DNA from: Styela clava
Taxonomy: Eukaryota
Direction: 5' to 3'
Assembly (NCBI RefSeq): GCF_964204865.1
Contig: NC_135254.1
Location: 1,426,001 to 1,490,000, forward strand
Length of the DNA stretch: 64,000 nt
The notes under the pieces were generated by a model. That model was not told where the DNA came from and did no database searches. It saw only the letters and a list, made by a program, of their open reading frames with translations. Shown here piece after piece: positions 23,393 to 35,990 of this stretch (within the stretch, counting starts at the first letter, position 1; every line of letters starts with the position of its first letter). The position numbers and the translations under genes are program-made.

Positions 23393-26300
23393 ACCTAAGC
23401 CAATAAAAATGTTTTATCTCATTACTGATTTACCTGCCTCGGGCCATTACAGCATTTTGTTGTTCTGCTACACTTGAGTTTACGTCAAGCATGCAGTTCC
23501 GAAGATCCCGACCTTTCAGGTCCTTTCTTTATAGATTTAGTGTGAAACCTGTCGAGTAAGCTGTAATACTTTTCAGGATTTGCATCTGGGTCTATTTCTA
23601 CTTTTTTTTAACGAGCCCTCCTTTTGTAGTAAAAAAATTTTTTGCTCCACTCGTATAGCTTGCCTTTATATGGCTCAAACATGTCTGGGAGGCGATATTC
23701 ACCATGATGAGCAACCTGAAAGAATCAATACTTCTGATCCATATGTTATTGCAACTAAGATAAACCAACATAAACTTTCACACTCTATGCTTCATCAGTA
23801 TAATTTCAAGTTCTAAACATTGATACTGAAAATTTTAAAATCCAGCTTTAAATATTGAGAGATTGGATTTCTGAATTGAGAAATAAACATTCCGATTTGT
23901 AACCTCTCACTGAAAACTACCTGTGATGCAATATCTGGAATGTATACATTTGGACGTTGTTTGAATGACAATAATCCATCGACATGGTCTCTTGTCGATT
24001 CCTGTCGAAGAGTGTATTTCATATACACACACACGGCATGTGGACATCTAAAATGAACGATGCCACCTAGGAGTAGAAAGATATATCTTTCGGCTTACTG
24101 TTGATACAAAATATGAGTTAGCAAGTGTTACAAGGGCATTCTGAAACCTGACACTTTATCATATGGCCAGTTATGCACATTTGTGTATACTAAACTTCAC
24201 AAAAGGAGCTCAATATGTCATAGATTCCCAACTTTGTTTATATTTCTTCTGAAATATAAAAAATATGTTATAAATATTTTAAGACAAAATTGTCCCACCA
24301 CATTTCTTCATGATCTTTTACATTTTTGGATGTATATCTTTGAAAAGTACTGATTCATGCAATCTGTTCTTTATTTCCCCCACCACTCAATCCAATTCTA
24401 CAACACAGGTCCTTCAGTTTCGCAAGGCTCTGAAAGTCCCTACACTTTTTTTCTTTTTCTACACTCCTGAAACTACACTTCAGGAAACAACAAATTGTGC
24501 ATATCTCAAACCTACTAAAAAGCAACATATTTACAATTGATCTTATCATTTTGCTTCACTCAGCTCATCTTATCCCCAGCCCAGTACATATCCATAATAT
24601 ACTTCTTACTAATATCACATTCGTCCTACTCCATTAGCTATACTCACATTTGCTTTGTCATGAAGTATGTTCATGATTTCTTCATGGGTGACGGTTTCAT
24701 CTGATTCTTTTTTTTTATCAGGGGCTCCAACCAAAACACCCTTTTTATATTCAGTGTTGAGGACTACGCCTCTTGATTTTTCGCCAATTCATGGTACTAT
24801 TTGTTAAAGTGACTCCAAAGATTATTTAATGAATGTTTTAATCAAACAGCAATAAATGTCCAAAGCAACACGTACAGATATAAGCAATACCAACTGCGCT
24901 GTGCACCAGACTACCGAGTGCACAAGACCAAATCACCTTCACAGGTGGTTGGTCACGATCAGTCATCTGTAACTGATGACATCAAAGGTCATGCTCAACC
25001 ATCTGGGAAAATGCTAGTTGCCAGAAATACAATTAACAATCTCCCTAATTTTCAATTTCGAATAAAAGTTAACATAATGCATTCAGCAGTTCGTTTGAAG
25101 ATGCTCCTTTCTTAGTCAAACAATCTGCTAATTGTTGATCACTCGGGAGTTTCTTTATGCCGGAGATTTGATGGGATGAAACCATTTCTTTTAAACCATA
25201 AATGTCAGTTCTGAGACGTTTCTCTGATACAGCTTTTGTCGACTTAATTGCATCACAAAGGCTTTGACTATCCGTACAACATTCAATGCCAAATTTTTCT
25301 GGTTGAACATCTGACAAACAGAGAGTTTCAGCAAAAAGTGTGCTTCTCACAACTCTTTTGATTCGCTTGGATTGCCAACATAAATGTATTTTCCTGTTCC
25401 CAACAATCATGAATATAATATGACCACCTTGGGTGCCTCCATCACACAAATTACCGAACGATGCATCGCTATAAACAAGAAACTTAACTTCATTGTCATT
25501 GAAGGCAGGAAATTTCAAAGTGATCTTTTGTGCTTTCAGTTGCTTGACAATTTTTTTAACTTCCATGACAGTTTTAACAGTGCAATTCTTCAAAGCAGAT
25601 GTGAGTGTAGATGTTGCAAATGATACATCTGGCCGAGTTTGGTTTAAGACCCACAGTATCTGGCCAAGTAAAGATCGAACCTTCAAGACATCAGCTTCAA
25701 TTAACAGCTCACTTCCACTCTTAGTTTTCAATGAACGAATATCAATCGGAAGCAGTGATTCAATGTATTTGTGCTGACTGAGAGTGATATCTTCCTTATC
25801 AGTCTTCAATTCAAGTCCTAAATATTTAAAACTTTCAGTATATTCCACTCCAACTTTGAAGTGCTCTCTCAAACTCTTGATGAATTTGCCTTCGAATTCT
25901 TCCGAACCTCCCCACAGAAAGTCGTCCACATGCAAAGCGATCACCCCTTTTAAACCATGATCGAAATAATAGAATAAAGCAGGATCCACTACAGAGATAC
26001 GGGCACCTAATTTCAGATGAGTTTCTTTAACACTTTCGTACCAATACATTGAGGCATCAGTAAGCCCATATACGCATTTCTTCAATCGCCACACAACATT
26101 TCGCTTCTGTATTTTCTGATCAGGTGGTTTGATAAAAATACCACGCTCAAGAGATTTTTCTTGTAAGAGGGCAGTTTTAATATCCATAGTTTTTGGCGAT
26201 CATTTCTTTTGTGCAAGCAGTGCTAAAACAAGTCTGAGACTTTCTTTAGAACATGTTGGGGAATCCGTTTTCAATTCACTGAGACAATCTTCTTCAAAAC

Positions 26301-27539
26301 CTCTAACTACTAGTCTAGCCTTTGGTTTTGGTCCATTGTCAGTCTTTTTTATTGAACATACCCATCTTGTACTTAACAACTTCTGGCCTTTATTCTCTTC
26401 CTCTGTGTAGACATCGTTTTGCTTCCAGCTGTCCAGTTCCTTCATCTTTGTTTCAAGAAAGAGATCTTCGTTAATCAACATCACTTGATCAACAATTGGT
26501 ATTTCTTCAGCTGGTAAATCATCCATAATAGATTCTCAACAGTGTCAAGGTCAATGGATGACTTTGTGCCTTTTTCAGATGAAGGTAGCAAATATTCAAT
26601 ACCAGCTACTGTATTTTCCTGTTGCCTCACCAGCCCGTCCAAGTACTTTTGCAACTTTTTTATTGCCAGTTACATCATCTTTGAATTCTACTATTTGACC
26701 ACGTTTAGGATCTTTCTTCACAACAGGTGAAGGCGAAGCGCACCATTATATACCGAAGATTCATTTCCTTGATCAGTCTGATTTAAATCTTCCTCGTCAT
26801 CTTCATCATAAAGCATCTCTTCTACTTTTGGTTGCGATTCATCACCTGATATCTGTTCATCACCCTGTTCAACTTCAACTTCTCTTTGTTTATCATGCAT
26901 CAGCCTGTATTTATGTACACGTATAACCAGTCCGCCATGCCTAAGGAATACTACACATCCATCAGCACCAATAACTTTTGTCGGGCCTCTCCATTTTTCT
27001 GAATTCTCTGGCTTGTAATAAACAGTGTCTCCGGTCTCATAAATTTCATCGCCATGAGACCTGATTTGTTTTTACAAAGCTCTTCGAATTCGTTCACTAC
27101 ACTCTGATTCAATAAAGGCTTTTCTCGAAGCATGCAGAGCATTGAGATGAGAAGCATCTACATCACTCACAGAAGTGCCATCCAACGAAGGAGGTTTGTT
27201 TGTTAGCAAAGAAGGAAGATTGGGATTCCTCCCAAATACCAGCTGATAAGGGCTGTAACCATGAACATTATGCAATGAATTCAGAGACCAGGAAAATGCT
27301 GTTTTCCAATCTAATGATTCAGATTCTCTAATTTTCAGCAAAATTTCAGTTAGAATAGAATTATGCCTCTCAACTAAGCCATTGCTCCATGGACTTTCCG
27401 CTGCACCCTTCAGCCATGTCACGAAAAACTGCATTGTTGAATTCTCCTCCATTGTCTGTGAATACCTGCCTCGGAGGTCCGTATATGGTTATCCAATGTG
27501 ACAAAAATTCACTTGCTATGAACAATGAAGACTTGGAAC

Positions 27540-29851
27540 CAGGGTTGTCCAAAACGAATCGAATATTCGAATATCAAAGTATTCGAATACCTTTTCGGCT
27601 AATTTTCGAATAATTCCGAATAGTAGCCACTTTTCGCTGTAAACGTGGTGTTTCCTTTTAACGGGAATCTTCAAAGGACTTTTTACGCTGTCTCACGTAT
27701 TGTAATGACGATGAAATAGAATCGGCACTTTGATTGTTTATATTCTGTGCGACCGTACGTCGCATAGTGTTGCGACACATTTGCACGTTTGCGTGGGTGG
27801 GCATTGCCGACATTCGTGTACGTGGCTTTTAATTTACAAATTCATTTCCATTACGTCGAAAAATTGAGAAAGTATGTTTATTTTATTTCTATGTGGCCTA
27901 CTTATTATTCGCATGAGTCTTCTCAAGCATGATTTGTGTAACCTTATATTTCTGTCTTAGGGTCTGCCAATCATGATATTTAATCGCAGGCTGGTTATCG
28001 TTACTTTAAAGAGAAACACGGCCACCGAGATAAAGTGATTTGTGACCCTTTCGTTTTGCCGATTCAGCAGAACACGACAGGGATAGGAAAACACAGCCGT
28101 GAATAGCCCGTGGACGTACAGTGTAGTACTTATCACATTCCAAAATTATTTCGACATTCGAGTTAATAGGTTGTCTAAAATGATTGCCGCTTTACAACTT
28201 AAATTTACCGCTCATTTGGTAAAAATAGTTAATTCTGTGAGTATGATTCTACCAAACTAACATGATCTGGTTCTAAACATATAAAATTATTAGCGCATAT
28301 CAGCATTACTGAACAACAGGGACACAATTTTTCTACCCGTCTTATTGGAGGCCTATATGGAAAAACCCCTTTTTTGAGTGCTAAAAATAGACATCGTCCT
28401 ATTTGCCACTGGACTTTTTAGCGGGGAAATACGGTATTTATAGCCGTCATTGTTACGATATCCAATAAATTGTCACAAGTTGGAAAAACAAGTCGATTTA
28501 TTAGAAAATAATTTCTGGCAAATAATTCTGATAACGATAGTTGAAAGTATCGATCCTTTAACAGGATGATTTTTTGTGACGCAAAATAATCCAATCCATG
28601 ACTGGTACCAGCATTTAAAATGTCATGCCGTATTAATTTGATTCTGTTCAACGTTACTCAACGTACTCGACAATCTGTGGACATAAAATGTGTGGTAAAC
28701 TGACCGATATTATTAAATATTGATTCCTATTTTTATATTGATAAAATAATGAAAGTATTAATACCAAATACAACGGGTATTTGTGGACATGAAATACGTG
28801 GTAAACTGACCAATTATAATTAATTTCGGATTCGTATTTACAAAATAATAAAACTATTATAATTCTAAAATGCAACGGCGATCTGTGGCCTTAAAATGTG
28901 TGGTAAACTGCCCGATTTACCAACATTTGAGTTATGATAATAGAATTAAATTAACACAGTAAGGCATTTTAAGTAGTGGTATCGGTCATGGATTCGGATA
29001 TTTTGCGCAGCACAAAATCATCCTAGTGAAAAGTCCATACTTTTAAATACAAACCAATGGCAACCATTATCCAAATTAGTTCCCAAGAGCGGGATAAAGT
29101 ATAAATTCTTTTTCCGACTTGTGACAATTTTTCGTGAGTACGAAAATAAGAATCAAGAACTAATTATATTCGGCACAATATCACGGCAATTTGTGGACAT
29201 AAATTGTGTGGCAAACTCGCGATTAATATTAATATTTGATTCCTATTTTCGTATTTACAAAATACAACGGCGATGTGTGGTAAACTACCCGATTATAAAT
29301 AGTTTTTGATTCCTATTTTCATATTTATGAAATAATAAAAGTATTATTACTCAAACATACAACGGCGATCTGCGGAATTAAAATGTGTGGTAAAGTTCCC
29401 GAATATAATTAATTTTTGATTCGTATTTTTGTACTCACGAAAAAATTGTCACAAGTCGGAAAAATACCTCATACTTTATCCCCGACAAATAATTTGGATA
29501 ATGGTTGGTATTTAAAAGTATGGGCGTTTTACTAGGATGATTTTGTGTTGCGCAAATATTCAAATCCATCATCGATACCACTATTGTGTATTAATTTAAT
29601 TCTGTTAACATGACTCATGGTATATAAAATATATACTGCAATAATCTGCAAATATGAAATGCCTGGTAATTTGGCTAGGTTGTAAATTTAGATAGCAGTT
29701 ATTCCATTGTTTATTTATGGAAATTCCTACATACATTTAGATAAGATTCAATTAGTGAATTTTATTTTCGAAGTATTCGAAATTTCATATTCGAAAAAAA
29801 TATTTTCGAATGTATTCGAAATAGTGAACTATTCGATATTGGCCATCCCTG
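27540..29851. mobile_element. Non-autonomous hAT element inserted in the copia integrase
   Basis: TIR CAGGGTTGTCCAA/TTGGCCATCCCTG, subterminal ATTCGAAT motifs, perfect TSD CTTGGAAC. Confidence 0.92.
28930..29617. repeat. Foldback structure: ~240-bp imperfect inverted arms enclosing tandem subrepeats
   Basis: TTTTTCCGACTTGTGACAATTTTTCGTGAGTAC (~29110) pairs with GTACTCACGAAAAAATTGTCACAAGTCGGAAAAA (~29431). Subrepeat AAATGTGTGGTAAACT also occurs at 28670-28920. Confidence 0.8.
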
Positions 29852-31460
29852 CTTGGAACTAATAATCTATCCAGAACTAAACCTGGTGAACATGTCGATA
29901 GTATGCATGTACCATAAATTTGTTCCAAGCTGATGGAGATCCATGGCTATAACCTCGTTGAAATCAGTTGCACGTGGCAACCCAACACCCGGTTTTGGAG
30001 AAGGTTTCTTGTAAGTTTTGCAAACTTGACAATTGTCTATAACTTTCTTCAACATATTTGAAGATAACTTGTTGAGTTTTCCTGAATTATTGATAAGTTT
30101 TGATAATCGCTCATAGGAAGCGTGACCAAATTGTCAATGCAACTTTAAAAGATCTTTTGCAGAAAAAACTTCATTGCTTTCATTTGCAGTGATAAAAATC
30201 CTTGGAGTAGTTGATTTATTGTCCTTGGAAAAAGGCTGACACAGTAGTACTTCTTATTCTCCAAAGTTTTAACTGGTTTATGAAACATTTCCACTCGGAT
30301 ATCTGCAAAGTCAATCACAGTATTTGATCTTCTCATGAAATCTTTACTCAATAATAATGGTATATTTTCATCAACCACGTCACAAGAAATGGTGACTTTA
30401 GTGTCCCCAATGTATTCCGGGATTTCTATGGAATACAACGAATTGACTTTTTGACCATCACCAAACCTGAAAACCCCTCCACTATCTTCGGTGTGAATCT
30501 TTTCTGTTTCAGATTCCTTAATTCTTTGTAAATAATCAAGAAGCCAAATTTTCCCACATACAGTGCGAGTACACCCAGAATCTAATATTGCATATCCACA
30601 TAGATCTTTGGTGAACACATCCATGTCATTAACAACTGACATCACATTGCTTTCTTCTGAAAAATGATTTACTTTTCGCTCCTGATGTGGACAGGAATTT
30701 TCAAAATGCATCCTTGAATCGCAAATTTGACATCTTGCTCTGGAACATTTTGAATTTCTAGAACAATTTCTTACCCAATGATAAGTAGATCCACAAATAG
30801 CACATTGACTGATATGATGATCTTTTCTCATTGGACATGCTCGCCTGCCATGATCTTGTCGGAATTTACCAATTTTTTTTTCGAAAAATATGCCGTCTCT
30901 TATTTCACTTCTACAGAAGACGACGAAGCTCCTTCACCAAATATTCTTTTCAGTGCCGAACCCATAGACTTATATTTTAACTTGTCCACTGCTGCAAGAA
31001 CCAATTGTTTTTCTTCCAAAGCAAGATTTGTTCCTTTGAGTAGTTTACACGCCAGTACAGTGTCCGGTAACTCCATGCCAAATTTTCTCATTTTTTTGTT
31101 CACTATGTCAAATCTCGATGAGTAATCTCTGATGTTTTCATTTTCTAGTCTTACTAACTTTTCAAATTCGGTGTATGTTTCATAAGTTCTATCAGAAGTC
31201 TCACTTTCAAAGACACCATCTAATTTTACAAGTAATGTTTGCATTCCATCATCTCTGTTCTATTCATCGGAGCTTATTTCTCGATCAACTTCTCTAGCTT
31301 TTTCACATACAGACATAGGCTCAATGTAACTGCTAAAGTTTGCTTTTTCTTGTCAAGGTCTGTAATTAAACTTCACATGGAGATCTCATTCTTCCATTGA
31401 TTGTGTGGCTTCTCTCCCGTCAACAAAGGAGGATATTTGTATCCTTGAGAAGTCATTGCA

Positions 31461-31475
31461 CATCCTCTGCTACCA
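31461..31475 (-). promoter_or_regulatory. Copia primer-binding site (initiator Met tRNA)
   Basis: The plus strand reads CATCCTCTGCTACCA, matching the 3' end of animal tRNA-iMet, 2 nt inside the 5' LTR. Confidence 0.9.
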
Positions 31476-32129
31476 TTTGTTAAAGTGAATCCAAAGTATA
31501 TTTAATAAATGTTTTAATCAAACAGCAATAAATGTCCAAAGCAATAACCAAAGTAACACGTACAGATATAAGAAACACCAACTGTGCGCTGTGCACCAGA
31601 CTACCGAGTGCACATGGCCAAATCACCTTCACAGGTGGTTGGTCATGATCAGTCACCTGAGACTGATGACATCAAAGGTCATGCTCAACCATCTGGGAAA
31701 ATGCTAGTTGCCAGAAATACAGTTAACATTATTTTTTCATGGATTACATTGTGATCCTGATTCCTGAATACAAGTTCATTGCTATAATATCATGAGTATA
31801 AAAAACGAATACAGATCATACCACAAATCCCACGTCCCAGAATCTCCATTTGATAGTTTGACCAGGATCTTTGGCAGTCAACTTCATCTTCTTGGGGGAT
31901 AGAACTTTGTGGAGATTTTACTAAAATAACATTTATTTTTAGCATCAAAGTTTTATAATCAATGAATAACATTGAGCCAAAATCTAAAAAGGTGCCGAAA
32001 TTTCTAACTTTCGCAATGCAAACTTATCTAGTCATTTGTCCAAATTTTTTTGCTATGATTTTTAATGCCTTATTCAGTGCCTTATATTTAAATGCATATT
32101 GCACTTGTTATAATGCAATCATATTTACA

Positions 32130-33340
32130 TGGTTAGGTTAATAAACTACTTCTCCTGAACGTACTCATTGTAATATTTTGTAATTGCGGATAAATTATTT
32201 TGAATAGGCTATCAAGCGTTTTGTCAAGTATATCACCAACTGTCATTATTTTTGCTTGGACACAGCTTAATATTGCAGTGAGTTCAGTTTTATTCCTATC
32301 TAAGATTAATGGATTGTGCCAAATAATTTCCTGTGATATTTCTGCATAGTTTTGTGGCTGATTCCGTTCTAAGCTAACTTGTTTGAATGAGTTAATAATA
32401 CTTGTATAAAATTTTAGAACATTGATATTAGTTTCGAATTTAAAATTCAAATGTAAACATTCTAAATTACCTTTTGACATACTTCAAAATACTTATTTAC
32501 ATAAAATTTTGCTCTATTAGCCCAAGAACTCATATCCCCCTGAAGCAATTTGCAATGCTTTATTTCAATTCCTAACGTTCATCATTTTTATATCCTCTTC
32601 ATTTTGTTCACTACAACTGATATTCCTACTGATCATTTGCGCTTTTTCATTCCAAATAAATTTCCAAATAATTACTTCCAATTTCTGAATATATTTTTCT
32701 GGCATAAATTCGAAAGTGAACATGTACCATAATTTTGATAGTAGCAATGTTTTAGCTATAAGAACTCTTCCAACAATAGTTAGATTCCGCCCTTTCCAAA
32801 GATTTACAATTTTTTGTATTTTTGTCAAAATGTTCAACCAGTTTTTATCTCTAGACTTATGGGTATTTCCAATATATACCCCTAGTAATTTAATCTCCTC
32901 ACGTTTTACAGTTATACCCTTATATGTTTCATTCAACTGCCAACTTTGAGCAGTTCCACATATCAGCAATGTACATTTGTTCTTATTTATTTTAGGACCA
33001 GTGCCACGTCGAAATAATCCCATTAATTTTAACACTGAATCTACAGATGACAATAACTCAAGGGTCAGTGTTATGTCATCTGCAAATCCTTTATAAACTT
33101 CTCTTTGATTTATGCAGTTCTTCAATCCAGTTATTTCTCTGTCCCTTTTTATATTTGATGATATTAATTCTGGAAAAAGGGGACAGCCCTGCCCCACACC
33201 TCTTTGCATCCAAATTTTTTCTGTCAAATATCCATTCACATTTATTTTTGAAGAAGCATTTTTATATAGGGTGATTATCCAATTTATGAGTTTTTTTTCC
33301 AAATCCAGATTTTTTTCAATAATTTAACTAGTATATTTCT
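32130..33340 (-). mobile_element. Truncated second Tx1/L1-clade RT fragment
   Basis: RGVGQGCPL, FADDIT, KLLGV, WKGRNLTIVGRVLIAKTLLLSKLWY; diverged from the adjacent copy. Confidence 0.85.
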
Positions 33341-34778
33341 GTCTGTCCGCCAGCAACTTTTTTTTTTGCCAAATTCAAATCCATTGCCAAATCGGATTTA
33401 TACAAATGATAGTTTTGGTGTATCCAAATATATATTTCAATATTATTGCATGAGGTCCAAATTTTATTTTTGTGATGTAATTTAGGTGATTTCATACAAT
33501 GAATAAGTATACAATGAAAAGATGTAGTTTGTTTGCAACATATATATTATGATCATTAGTTTGGTTATCCAATTGGTTTGATTTTAAGCGTTTATAAATA
33601 TTTTTGGTTGTTTATTCTTCTGAAACCATATACAATCAATTTCGGTTCTTGCTGGAGATGTATTTTGAATTTCTTTCCAATTTGTTGGAATGTATCGCCA
33701 AATGTTGCGTATTTCGAAGTTGCATTTTCTATTCAATGCAATTTTCCTGGTCTATAGTAAATTTGATTCACGAGGTCTCCTGAATTTTGTTCCACAATTT
33801 GTCCTAAAGTTAAAACTTTGGCTTGAATCCATTTAATTTCTTTTTAGTTTTGTCTCCAAAGATAAAAATGAATTAAACCAAGAGGCTTTCTAATTTTACT
33901 TCCGCTGGGGAATTTGGTTGACAGCGCGTGAGATTGAGTTCCTTGAATGCATTAATTAAGTTTAAATAAAATTGTGGTATGAGATTGTTTCTTGTTTTTT
34001 TAACGTCTAAATGCAAGCATTCCAAATTACCTCTGGAAATGAATGAGCAATAGTCATTTATATAAAATTTGGCCCGTTTACTTCAAGGTTTCTGTTCCCC
34101 TCTAAGTAATTTAATAATCCATTTCAATTGTACAGATTTTATCTGAGTGTTGATATCCATCATGTTTAATCCCCCCCTTATTTATTTTTTCCTTAATGAT
34201 TTTTTGAGCAATCAATTGTGGTTTTCCATTCCATAAAAAGTAGAAGAGTTTAGTTTGTAATTTTTTCATGAAACTTTCCGGCATAATTTCGAATCCAGCT
34301 AAATACCAAATTTTGATAACATTAGTGCTTTTGTAACCGTAATTTTTCCTATTATAGAAAGATTTCGGGCCTTCCATAGATTTATCAAGCTCTGGCTATT
34401 AAGACCCTCATTCCAATTTTTTTCAACGGAACAAGTGTTATTCCCTATGTATGCCCCTAATATTTTGATTTCATCTTTTTTTACTTCAATACCCTTGTAG
34501 TCTGGGCCAATGTTCCAATCAATTGCATTACCACACAATAAAATTTTACATTTCTGTTTGTTAATTTGTATTCCTGTACCCATTTCAAAGTGGTTTAATA
34601 TTGCAAGACTTTCATCAATAGAGGCCAAATTTATTACCGTTAAAGTTGTATCATCTGCATACGATTGGAGTATTTGGTTGTATTAAGATCTACAGGTTTT
34701 AAATATAACCTTGAATAGCAGAATAGTCTAGCATTTAATATTCACTGTCAAACTTCAACATCTATATCTGTCAACGAT

Positions 34779-35747
34779 ATGTCGACAAACAACAAAGACC
34801 TGGCTTCTGTGAGCAACATCTCCAAACCAAAGCCAAAACAACGACTAAGTAGAAGCCTTCCCGACCCAGGCCTATCACCCATTGGTCCCATCATCAAGCA
34901 GCTTGAGGGACCCTCAAATCTTCAGACAGCTCTCCAGGAGGCAATTCAGAGTAATATAATAAACCAACTTCCCAATCTAATAGCCAAATGTATCTCAGAA
35001 AATTTCAGCTCTGCGAACTTCTCATCCGAATATCTTCCCATAAGTCCTGGTTTGAAGGAATGCATGGAGGAGCAAATGCTATCTCTTAAAGAAATAAAAC
35101 ACGATATCGCTTCAATTAAAGAGTCCCAAAATTTCCAATCTGAAAAGTATGATGAAATTTTAGCAAAGCAAAAAAAAACTGATGAAACACTGATACAACA
35201 TGGTAAAAGACTGAAAGAATTAGAAGATCTAGTCTATAACCTCGAAGAAGATCTATTCTATGCAACTGAAAAATTAGAGGAACATGAACGAAGATCCAGA
35301 TTAGACAACTTGGAATTTCACGGTATTGCTCCAAAAGATAACGAAGACACTGATAAATTGGTTATGGAAATAGGCAAAATGATCCATGTGGATATAAAGC
35401 CATCGGACATCTCGGTTACCCATCGCTGCCCTACACACAACACCAAAATTCATAAACCTATTGTGGCCAAATTCACCAACCGAAGGATACGTGCCAAAAT
35501 TCTTAAAAACCGCCATCTAGTCAAAACTGCGGTTAACACAACATCTGTAAGAAACATGTCGAAAGTTTTCATTGTCGAAAATCTAACTGAAAAAAACAAG
35601 AACTTGTTTTACCAAGCAAAAATTCTTAAAAGGCAATGCGGGTATGCTTTCTTATGGACCTCAAATGGAAAAGTGCTGATGAAAAAAAACAAAGACACCC
35701 ATACTTTACCTATTATTGACGAAGAATGTTTGGACAAAATAAGATAA
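34779..35747 (+). CDS. LINE ORF1p (coiled coil + RRM-like + C-terminal domain), 322 aa
   Basis: Heptad-rich region, then ERRSRLDNLEFHGI, DISVTHR, PIVAKF, VFIVENLT, GYAFLWTSNGKVLMKK. Confidence 0.88.
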   Translation: MSTNNKDLASVSNISKPKPKQRLSRSLPDPGLSPIGPIIKQLEGPSNLQTALQEAIQSNIINQLPNLIAKCISENFSSANFSSEYLPISPGLKECMEEQMLSLKEIKHDIASIKESQNFQSEKYDEILAKQKKTDETLIQHGKRLKELEDLVYNLEEDLFYATEKLEEHERRSRLDNLEFHGIAPKDNEDTDKLVMEIGKMIHVDIKPSDISVTHRCPTHNTKIHKPIVAKFTNRRIRAKILKNRHLVKTAVNTTSVRNMSKVFIVENLTEKNKNLFYQAKILKRQCGYAFLWTSNGKVLMKKNKDTHTLPIIDEECLDKIR

Positions 35748-35990
35748 GTCTGTTTTTCTTTCATAGTGCCAAAATCCTTTATTACATCTTGTTCAATTTA
35801 CAATACTCTTTTAGCAGCCTGTTAACTTTACATGCAGTTCATACTAACTCTTGTCACCCATGTCATTTAATCATCCTCCCTATACACCAGCCCGGTAAAA
35901 TTCAAATATTTTATTTAAACTATAATTTCGGCCAAGGAGCTAACTTCCGATCCTAACTTTAAATGGGAGTCTACAAATTTCCATCCACAT

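Larger units (their letters stand above)
24802..31728 (-). mobile_element. Full-length decayed Ty1/copia LTR retrotransposon
   Basis: LTRs 24802-25038 and 31478-31728 (TG...CA); TSD CTATT/TTATT; PBS 31461-31475; purine tract at 25039-25053. Domain order gag (two CCHC knuckles), PR (LDSGC), IN (AMDL, TDNGGEF, NGLVERHN), RT (KARLVVRGFEE, LHVDDF), RNase H (YSDASF, QLADCLTK). Many stops and frameshifts. Confidence 0.96.
16558..31920 (-). mobile_element. Decayed multi-exon Zisupton/KDZ (HMGXB3-like) DNA transposon: KDZ core + SAP + Ulp1 (C48) protease + PHD finger
   Basis: GT-AG exons on the minus strand: 31920-31822 (EDEVDCQRSWSNYQMEILGRG); 31763-31729 + 24801-24648 (P*IGEKSRGVVLNTEYKK); 24429-~24300 (LAKLKDLCCRIGLSGGGNKEQI, SAP-like); 24066-23921 (GGIVHFRCPHAVCVYMKYTLRQESTRDHVDGLLSF); 23715-23434 (VAHHG..FEPYKG..LDRFH..VNSSVAEQQN); ~22885-22761 (NINFLFMSRLILHLQN); 21283-~21090 (IIVGIWNVDDNHWKLLV); ~20850-20739 (IAESLL..YRLQIAEEILEMS); 18605-18553 (VCSMCG..W); 16679-16558 (LGCDECDRWFHSEC..WRCPMC). 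Stops and frameshifts are present. Confidence 0.8.
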
